Source: Eledone cirrhosa (Eukaryota). From it: 64,000 nucleotides of DNA. The first letter of the stretch is position 1, and every line of letters starts with the position of its first letter. Both the position numbers and the translations under genes were made by a program. Location: the NCBI GenBank assembly GCA_964016885.1, contig OZ024741.1:380060001-380124000 (forward strand), in the 5' to 3' direction. The notes beneath the pieces were generated by a model. The model ran no database searches, had not been told where the DNA came from, and worked only from the letters and a program-made list of their open reading frames with translations. This document shows, piece by piece, positions 54,798-64,000 of the stretch.

Positions 54798-55480
54798 CTT
54801 CTTCTTCGGCTACTTATTTCTGACAGGGTTATGGGGACAGAGTCCTCTTCAAACAGCCCTTCCAGCGAGTCTGTCAGAAGCAAACAACTTTAACTGATCC
54901 AGCTCGAGCCCAAAGCGTGACCAGCCAATCTCATGGATGTTATCCAACTATCTTGCTCAAGGTCTACCTCTGAGTCCCCTACCGGTTGGTTTTGTCCATA
55001 CTATCTGTCCAGCGATTCTTTCCTAGGGCATTCTAACCACATGTCCATAGTATCGGAGCTGTGATCTCTCAATTTGGAGAAGTTGGGCTTTACCTGGACT
55101 GACTCTCTGATGTCAGAGCTATGCACTTTATCGACGAAACTGACGCCAAAGAACATTAAGACAAACCCCATTTCGGCCGCTTGTATTTTTAATCGTATAC
55201 TTTCGGTCATTATCCCAAATTCATGACCCTAGATCAGGGTTGGCAGGAATACCAGGAAGACGGTGAGTTTGGCTTTTGCACCTACCTCCCATCTGATTAC
55301 TGAATGCTGAAGCTGGCGCATTACTGCATCAGCTCTTGCAATTCTTGCACTTAATTCAGCCTCGTGCCTTCCATCACTGGTGAATACAGCCCCGAGATAC
55401 GTGATCTTCTCTACCTGCTTCAGTGGAACTCCATTCACATGTATATAAATTTGAGCTACTTCTGTCCATCCGTCCATCAG
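54798..55480 (-). mobile_element. 5'-truncated RTE-clade LINE
   Basis: LKQVEKITYLGAVFTSDG..ELSARIARA..LPTL, IQAAEM, QLRYYGHVVRMP, RGRP; short (GAA)n tail. Confidence 0.85.
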
Positions 55481-55590
55481 ACAACGTGTGTGTGTATGTT
55501 TGTGTGAATGTATGTGTGTGTAGTAGAAAGGAAGGGGCTAGACACATATATATGTCTCTAACTTAAAAACGGTGAGACACACACATAGAC

Positions 55591-55661
<71 letters not shown>

Positions 55662-55674
55662 ATGAAAAATAAAT

Positions 55675-56216
55675 GTTACGGGCGAAAGAGCGGGGTATCC
55701 TCGTCAGTTTTCTACTAGGAATCATTGGTATTTCTTGACGTTAGAGACAATATACCTCAGACTACCTCTGCTAGTCACCTTCTCTCGGCTAGCCTCCCAC
55801 TATAACTATCTCTTTCTCGCCTCCTCTTACCTACACTCACTCCCTCTCTGCTAGTCATCCGCTCTCCTCTTGCTCACTTATTTCCTCGTTCACCACTGTA
55901 CGCAGCCACTTCTCTCGCTAACACTGCTACAGAAAAGACGTGTCTTTTTTCTCTCTCGTCAAAATTCGCCACTTCTTACGTTCGAAGTGAGTTGTTGACT
56001 TGATAGTTTTCCTATTTTTCCTCTCTTTACGTTGCTTCACCCTTCGTGTCTGTTTAAATCAGTTCCTACCCCACCCCCACCCCACCCTATTTTATCCCAA
56101 TAACTTATTTTAGTTATTGTTCGCCCTAGGCTGAGGTATACTGTCTCTAACGCGAAGAAATACCAATGATTCCTAGTAGACAACTGACGAGGGTACCCCT
56201 CTCTTTCGCCAGTAAC
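55675..56216. mobile_element. MITE-like element with ~90-bp terminal inverted repeats, between (TA)n tracts
   Basis: gttacgggcgaaagag..ctcgtcagtt..ctactaggaatcattggtatttctt..gttagagaca..tatacctcag is mirrored at ~56128-56216. Confidence 0.8.
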
Positions 56217-56257
56217 TTTTATTTTTCAATATACTTAATTGAAACCACACTCGCCAT

Positions 56258-56338
<81 letters not shown>

Positions 56339-57164
56339 GTATATGTGTATGTATATGTGTGTGCTTATTCATTTGCACACATATCACCCCAAACAATAGT
56401 CGAATATTTCCAGCAGCTTCTCCATTAATATGGATACATTAACACACCTGCGTAACTGCACATAACACGGGAGATCACACACACACAGACAGACACACAC
56501 TGACCAGTACGTGCGTGCGCTGTTGCCCTCGAAAACACACGGCCACTATACATTTCGGACTTACTAATCTGAATCTGAAAAGCCTTCGCGCACCATACAA
56601 GATACGAAGCCCCACACCATACCATCCGTATACGGGCACACACACACGCATAAACCAATGCATGCAATAACCACACATACATGTCATTATGTGTGTGCAC
56701 AGGCATAATTGTGTAAGTGGCTTACTACATATACATGTGTGCGTTTAAGTACCTATTAATACGTCTGCACACGCGCGGACGCTCGTGTGCACACATTCGC
56801 GCACACACACACACACACACACTTCCACCAACAACACACTTAACATCCACACACGCTCATACGCATCATAATATGCACCCGACCTACGCGCAACCAGGAG
56901 CTACCCTTCTGCACCACCACGCCGCACGCCAGATCACCCACCACAGCCATCACTACTCCTCGCCGCCCTCAGGTTTTTATTTTCTTTCAATTTTATGAAA
57001 AACGTTTGTATTTTTTGTTTTGCCTTCTTTTCCTTTATGATCTCCTTTTTCTACACTCTTATCTATATTTTTTAAGATGAAGGGCAATTGCCTAATACGA
57101 CTTAATGCATCCTCTTACTTATTCGATTGTTGGAGAGGTGTTATATGCAAGTATATATACATAA

Positions 57165-57226
<62 letters not shown>

Positions 57227-57295
57227 ATAATAATAAATGTGAAGACTAAAATCCAAAGAGGGCTCGATAAGGATAAATATATATCAAATATATAG

Positions 57296-57380
57296 GAACC
57301 ATTACCCACTCTACTACCCTAAGTATTGAGTACTTTGGTGCGTTATGGTCCATCTGGTTCCTTACCACATTTCCATCGTT
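57296..57380 (-). mobile_element. Fragment of the 16123/63685 short element family
   Basis: attacccactctactaccctaagtattgagtac..ggtccatctggttcc matches 63685-63765 inverted. Confidence 0.75.
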
Positions 57381-57492
57381 ATATATATATATATAGTATG
57401 TGTAAATAAGGAAGAGACTACTAACACGGTTCGATTGTAAACATAGTCTAGCAATAATTGAATTAGTAAAAATCTTGATAGAGTAAAATAAC

Positions 57493-57605
57493 TGTTGCTA
57501 CTTTAGACAAGGCCAGCAATCAACCAGTGCGTTACTGGTACTTTATTTTATCGACCCTGTAAGGATGAAAGGCAAAGTCAACCTCGGCGGGATTTGAACT
57601 CAGAT
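57493..57605 (-). mobile_element. SINE fragment
   Basis: ggtactttattttatcgacc..ggatgaaaggcaaagtcaacctcggcgggatttgaactc. Confidence 0.75.
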
Positions 57606-58139
57606 AAAATAACTCTAGAGAATTTCTGTTGATATATTTGCCCTAACTTCGATTAATCTTTTCGTCTCTCATTCTCATCACATATTAAGCATATACAGAA
57701 AATTACATTCATTACTCCCGCCAGAGTAATCTGTTTGTGCAAGCTATCAGATATTACACCACGTTCGGATTGTTGATTCCTCAAGGGAATCAATTGAAAG
57801 AACGTTATTCAAAAGTCCTCCATCGCGCTATGTTGTATCCGTCGGCTATCTACATTGGATATTCGACATTTACGATTTCTGATACGAATACGTCTAAATC
57901 AATTTACAAAGTAAATCATACATTAAGTATCAGTAATTAAAATGTTATTTTGCATTTGTCATTATGAAAAACAACTATGAGAATAGGAGTGTAAAATTGA
58001 TTTGAAGATATAATCTTGGAGTTATTAAAGAAAAAATGGAAATGATGTTTCCGTTGGTCATTCCATTGTTAATATTCTGTGTCGGTCACAACAGTTGCAG
58101 AAGGGGGAAGAATGTTTAACTCTCTTCTAGAACCGAATC

Positions 58140-58310
58140 AAATTGCCAAAGTATTATGTCCGCTTCTTTAACAACTCCACCAATCCATCTATCATGGACT
58201 GGTACTTCATCGCTTCCGAAAAGATGAAGGGTAAAGTTGAACCTGGTGGGATTCGAACTCAAAACGTAGAAATGTGGATCAAATACCGAGGCATTTAATC
58301 CACCACATTA
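58140..58310 (-). mobile_element. Decayed SINE
   Basis: ctggtactt..gatgaagggtaaagttgaacctggtgggattcgaactc. Confidence 0.6.
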
Positions 58311-58659
58311 GAAACAAAGTTGTCACCTTAATGAAGTTCCTGTAATAATTGTGTACAATAATTCTGGAAATATATGTGCTGGAACTTGAGGCCTAATATG
58401 ATTAAGCATCTAAAAATTAGCTCCATTGTCAATCAAACCGAGTATTCCTTTCCATCTAATTCGTATTAATTTTAAGGCTGAGTTTTAAAATAAGCATGAT
58501 ATGGTATGGTCCAGTGAAACCTGATGGAGTGGTAGGGATGCAGTATTGACATATGGTGCTTCTAGTGGAGCCCATCCCTCTCCAGGCGTGACTGCAGCAG
58601 GTTTCTTCCAGTGAAGGATAGAAAGTGAGAGAGATGAAGTAAGAACACAATGCAGAGGA

Positions 58660-58815
58660 AGAATCGACCCCACTACTAGACTGGTACATCTTTTATCGAC
58701 TTCGAAAGAATGAAAGGCAAAGATGAACTCGGCGAGATTTGAATTCAGAGAGCAGAAAGCCAGAACGAATACCACGAAGCACTCTACAACCTGACGTTCT
58801 AACGACTGGCATTTG
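58660..58815 (-). mobile_element. Decayed SINE
   Basis: ctggtacatcttttatcgac..tgaaaggcaaagatgaactcggcgagatttgaa. Confidence 0.65.
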
Positions 58816-59556
58816 ACAATAAGCATATTACCACATATATTTTTTTAAGTGAGAAGTAATGGAGAAGGTACGATTTAGTTCCCTTCTTTGGTGATGAGCA
58901 CAGATACCACACTGTAAATATAAAATAAAACAATCTTCAATGACTAACGGAGACATCGAATTTGTGTCTTACTAGAAATCAAATTACAAAAGAAACGAAA
59001 CAATAAACCGCTAGAATTTGATATATAAAATGTTTAAATTAGCATCGTCGTTATCAAATTATAACCATGGGAATTTAACAATTGAATTGAAAATGTACAC
59101 TTGGAATAATTATGTTAGTAAAGATTTCTGTAGTATAGACTTACTGTAGAGAATTTATATATGCTTTTATATCAGCCCTACCAGCGATTAATATTGAAAT
59201 TGTCAGATGTTTACAGAAATTTACATTCCTATCTGCTATAATTGTTTCTACAAGAATAGAATTAAATAATGAAATATTATATCTAGATGATCCAACGGAT
59301 GCGCAGTCTCAGGAAATTGCAGAAGGAACATAAAACTACATATAAATATATATGTGTGTGTGCGCGCAAGCATGGCTATGTCTGCGTGTGTGACTGTATA
59401 TATATATATATTTGACTATCTAAAATTAGTCTATTCGTTGGAATTATTTAAATCATCTGAATGAAAGAAAAGCCCATTCGATTATACTTATATATATATT
59501 TATATATATGTACATATATTTATATATATATATATATACATAGATGTATATACATA

Positions 59557-59594
<38 letters not shown>

Positions 59595-61555
59595 TACTAC
59601 TAAAACCAATTCTCAAACACATACCAAGCCTTGTAAGAGACGATCTGGACCTCTTAAACCACCTCCCCAAATATGTCAACAACGACACTATTATTGTGTC
59701 TTTCGATGTAGTGAATCACTACACAACGATCCCACACCAATATGGACTAGAAGCAATAGGATTCTGGCTAGAGAAATATCCCAATGAGATACCTGACAGA
59801 ATAGAAAAAAGCTTCATCACCGAGGGATTAAAATTCATCTTACAGAACAACTTTTTTTATTTCGATGGCAGTACCTACAAGCAAATATCGGGGACTGCGA
59901 TGGGTACAAAAGCCGCTCCAACTTATGCCAACTTAGTTGTGGCACACTTAGAAGTCCAGATATATGAACAGTCCAAATCAAAATACGGATTGAACTTCCA
60001 CAAATATTTATCAGAGAATTTGAAACGCTACTTGAATGATTGTCCCATTCTTTGGTTCCACACACTCGACCAACTGAAGGATTTCAAAAACTTAATAAAC
60101 GGCATCAATAACCACATCCAATTCACAATGGAATACAGCCAAGATGAACTCCCATTTCTGGACATCTTAATCTTAAAAAAAGACACACATATTGAAACTG
60201 ACATACTCTACAAATCAACAGATTCCAAACAATACCTGCTATTCACTTCCAACCATCCAAAGCACACGAAGACGAATATTCCATTTAACCTAGCAAGAAG
60301 AATTTGCACAATTGTCTCCAATTATAAAACGCGAAATAAAAGACTTCAAGAATTTAAGGAAATTCTACTCGAAAGACGGTACCCACCATTACTAATAAAT
60401 AATGGAATAGAAAGGGCTAAACACTAGGCATTGATGAATTACGAAAACAGAAACAAATCCAAGGTACGTGCAATATTCTATCATATACGAGTCTCAACAC
60501 ACAACCCAAGAAATGCGAAAGGTTACAACACTATTCACAAGAACATCCCACTACTAAAACAAAACCCAAGAATGAAAAAAGCCCTTGAAACACAATATAA
60601 TCAAAAGCAAAAGACAACCGAAATCACTGAAAACATTACTCACCAATGCCAAATTACATTCCACAAACCCACAACCAAGTGTCAAAAAATGTAGTCGCTC
60701 TGATTGTGGAACCTGCACTCACCTCATTGAAGGCAACACATATACATTTAAATCAGGATAACATTTTACTGTAAAAAATCACTTCACTTGCTCATCAAAA
60801 AATCTGCTTTATGCCATTAAATGTAAAGGATACAATGAAGATTATATAGGACAAACAAAACTCACACTCAGAAACAGAATGACAGTTCATCCCCAACAAT
60901 TACAAGATCCAACCACGAGACAGATACCACTAACCGCACATCTAGACATATGCGCAAGTAATAAGACACCCAAATTCCAAGTCGTTCCATTTTACCTTTG
61001 CGCTAACATTACAACAGAACAAATACGAATACATAAAGAAAATATGTTTATTCAAAAATATAGTTCAGCATTAAATATGGTTTAATATACATTATGTCAA
61101 CACCATAACATGCTAACCATCCAAACAGACACATACACACACACATAACACCTTCTACTTTAGAAAATAAAAACCCGAACTATATAAACCTTAGCATACG
61201 TTTGCACTGACAATACAACAGAACAAATACGAATAAGTAAGGAAAATATGTTCATTCAAAAATATTCCTACTAAAGGAATCATTTTCCTACACACACACA
61301 ATATATATATATTCGCTTCATCTTAACATGCTAACCATACTCCCAAACACATAAAACCCATTCACACACATAGCAACCCCCCCCCATACAACTCCCTCCC
61401 CCATTTCTACTAATAGAATCACTTTCCTACACACATATATAGACACACACGAAATATATATATTCTCTCCATCTTAACATACTCACACACACACATAACA
61501 CCCATACACACACACACAACTCCCTCCCCCATTTCTACTAATAGAATCATCTTCC

Positions 61556-61880
61556 AATACACACACACACACAAGCACACAAATAAACATACACATCTTT
61601 ACTTTCTTTACTTCAATAGAAAATCTGAATTCTGACACCCCAGCGAACTAACCATATTCACTGAACCAGAATAATTCTCCCATCCAATTTATGTTGACCA
61701 TTATCTTTTGTTTGTCAACAAATTCTCTAAAAGGCTACAGAATAGATTTCCAAATAAGGGTGCGAAAATTTAATGAAAACTTGTTCATGTGACAACCATA
61801 ATTTCATTTATAACCAATCAAATTACGTTTCTTAAAAAGAAGCCTTCGTGAGCCCCCTTTTTATTAAGTAAAAAGAAATT

Positions 61881-61913
<33 letters not shown>

Positions 61914-62225
61914 GCACACAAATAAACATACATATATTTACTTTCTTTACTTCAATAGAAAATCTGAATTCTGACACGCTAGCGAACTAACCATGTTCAC
62001 TGAACCAGAACAATTCTCCCATCCAATATCTCTTGACCATTATCTTTTACTTGTCATAACATTTTTCTAAAAAGGCTACAGAATAGATTTCCAAATAAGG
62101 GCGCGACAATTTAATGAAAACTTGTTCACGTGACAGCATAATTTCATTTATAACCAATCAAATTACTTTTATTAAAAAAAAGCCTGCGTGAGCCCCCTTT
62201 TTTTTAAGCAAAAAGAAATTCACAC
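61556..62225. repeat. ~330-bp direct tandem duplication in the PLE 3' region
   Basis: cacacaagcacacaaataaacataca...aaaagaaattca occurs twice, each copy with aaccaatcaaattac. Confidence 0.85.
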
Positions 62226-62441
62226 ACTCATATATGAAAAAACAACCTAGGCATCCCCCCTCCCTTGTTTGAAGAACATTATAACGCGAACTTGCGCGAA
62301 ATTTATTATAATTATTGACCAACCAATCAAATTACTTCTCGAAAAACCTGGCATTTCGAGCCACTTTTTCCATATAAAACAAGTAACATTCAGAGACCAA
62401 CCAGAAGTGAGAAAAACCACAGACCCTCCATCTCAACTCTA

Positions 62442-62478
62442 CTTTTGAAAAGCAGAAGAACTGCGAAACCGGTAGAGG
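62442..62478 (+). ncRNA. Decayed minimal hammerhead in the pseudo-LTR of the 59.6-kb PLE
   Basis: ctt-TTGAAAA (for CTGAAGA)-GCAG-aagaa-CTGC-GAAA-CCGG-TA-gag, with palindromic ACCGGT stem III. It lies downstream of CCAAT (~62323) and TATAAAA (~62373). Confidence 0.5.
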
Positions 62479-62653
62479 AACCAAATAATTAAATATAATT
62501 TTTTAAAAATAAGACTCCAGTTGCATTTTCGATTTCATCTTTTTTTCTTTATACTTTCATTCGTGTAGGACACCTCGGTTATTTTTCATTTTGTAAAAAA
62601 AACCTCACTCTCTTATATATATATATGTATAAGTATATATATATATATGTATA

Positions 62654-62700
<47 letters not shown>

Positions 62701-62908
62701 CGTTTCTGAATTTGTTTAGCAGGATTCTTTATCTGAAAACGTGTGTTGAAACCGATATTGTTATACTTTGGGTGGGTCATGTTGCCAATAAGAAACACAC
62801 GCACCAGTTCCTTTCACTTCAATTTATTATAATAAATTTATAAATTTAGGAATTTATAAATTTCCGGTTGGTTGGTTGGTTTCACAACCAGATGGTTGTT
62901 TATATATT

Positions 62909-62952
62909 GTCAAAGTTCTTTCGTCACACATTCTGTGACCTCTTCAGTGACT
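62909..62952 (-). ncRNA. Minimal hammerhead with intact core
   Basis: Same motif as 23419-23462. Confidence 0.7.
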
Positions 62953-63081
62953 GGGGATTCTTTTCTTTGTTTTTTTGCGCCCCTCCTTTGTTCTGTCCGC
63001 CGTCATCTTGTTTTGTGGCGTAGGACAGAACAAAGGAGAGGCACAACAACCAAAAAAACCAAAAAAAAACAAAAGAATCCC

Positions 63082-63125
63082 AGTCACTGAAGAGGTCACA
63101 GAATGTGCGACAAAAGAACTTTGAC
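63082..63125 (+). ncRNA. Minimal hammerhead with a mutated core (GAAA to AAAA), probably inactive
   Basis: agtca-CTGAAGA-ggtcacagaatgtgcgac-AAAA-gaac-tt-tgac. Confidence 0.55.
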
Positions 63126-63265
63126 AATATATAAACAACCATCTGGTTGTGGAGCCAACCAACCAACCGGAAATTTATAAATTCCTAAATTTATAAATTT
63201 ATTATAATAAATTGAAGTTAAAACTTGGTGCGTGTGTTTCTTATTGGCAACATGACCCTCCCAAA

Positions 63266-63316
<51 letters not shown>

Positions 63317-63612
63317 CTAGATTAGATGCGTTCATAATACAACTATATAAGACATATTCAAAGCTCGAATGTGATCTTTTTATCCACAGTAAAATTGTCA
63401 AAAAACAGTTCAATATGTAACTTTCCAATCATAGTAGTTTTACAATGTCACAAAGCATATATCAAATGATTAAATAAATAACCAAGATTTAAAACATTAT
63501 TTAATAGATTTCCACGCGTATCATTCAAATACAGAAAGATGTAGCGTTTTAAAAACAGAAAAACAGACTACTAAATATATTTTCCGTGCTGTTTCCAATT
63601 CAACTTTTTCTC

Positions 63613-63650
63613 TATAATCACTGTTTTATATGGAACTGTACTCCCTTTTG

Positions 63651-63686
<36 letters not shown>

Positions 63687-63893
63687 CGAAGGAATTGTGG
63701 TACGGAACCAGATGGACCATAACGCACCAGAGTACTCAATACTTAGGGTAGTAGAGTGGGTAATAGGAAAAAGTATGACCCCGACGGCGGAGCTCAAGCC
63801 GTTTCGACGGCTATTTCTGGACTCAGAAATATTTATGTCCAGAAATAGCCGTCGAAACGGCTTGAGCTCTGCCGTCGGGGTCATACTTTTTCC

Positions 63894-63937
<44 letters not shown>

Positions 63938-63973
63938 AAAAGGGAGTAAGGTTCCATATAAAACAGTGATTAT
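63613..63973. repeat. Nested palindrome: outer ~45-bp inverted repeats plus (TA)n around an inner hairpin with 59-bp arms (63764-63895)
   Basis: tataatcactgttttatatggaac..tactccctttt / aaaagggagta..gttccatataaaacagtgattata. Inner arms 63764-63822 and 63837-63895 have one mismatch. Confidence 0.9.
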
Positions 63974-64000
63974 AAAACTGATTAACTCCGTCTCTAGGAC

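Larger units (their letters stand above)
59592..62600 (+). mobile_element. 5'-truncated Penelope-like element (RT and GIY-YIG) with a long repeated 3' region and pseudo-LTR
   Basis: [31 protein letters not shown] (YLDD mutated), LPFLD, CGTC, NLLYAIKC..YIGQT..LRNRMTVH; flanked by (TA)n. Confidence 0.9.
62698..63268. mobile_element. Inverted pair (fold-back) of Penelope pseudo-LTR fragments
   Basis: 62762-~63005 is the reverse complement of ~63018-63268. Both arms match 35660-35980, and (TA)n lies on both sides. Confidence 0.88.

Overview
AT-rich eukaryotic (animal) genomic DNA dominated by transposable elements and (TA)n/(CA)n/(GA)n/(TAA)n microsatellites. The repeat landscape looks molluscan or cephalopod-like, but that is inference only. 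There is a 200-N assembly gap at 33431-33630, and no host gene could be called with confidence. Contents: three Tx1/L1-type (APE-RT) non-LTR elements, four R4/Dong-type (RT plus restriction-like endonuclease) copies, three Penelope-like (GIY-YIG) elements with solo or fold-back pseudo-LTRs, a mariner relic, RTE fragments, tRNA-derived SINEs and MITE-like inverted repeats. All autonomous copies appear damaged. Main signals: (1) two unrelated retrotransposon clades occupy (TAA)n microsatellites in opposite polarity and share 5'-leader motifs; (2) minimal hammerhead ribozymes occur in Penelope pseudo-LTRs that abut (TA)n tracts; (3) fold-back palindromes appear to be built from hammerhead-bearing sequence. 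All calls were made by eye, without database searches, and coordinates are approximate.
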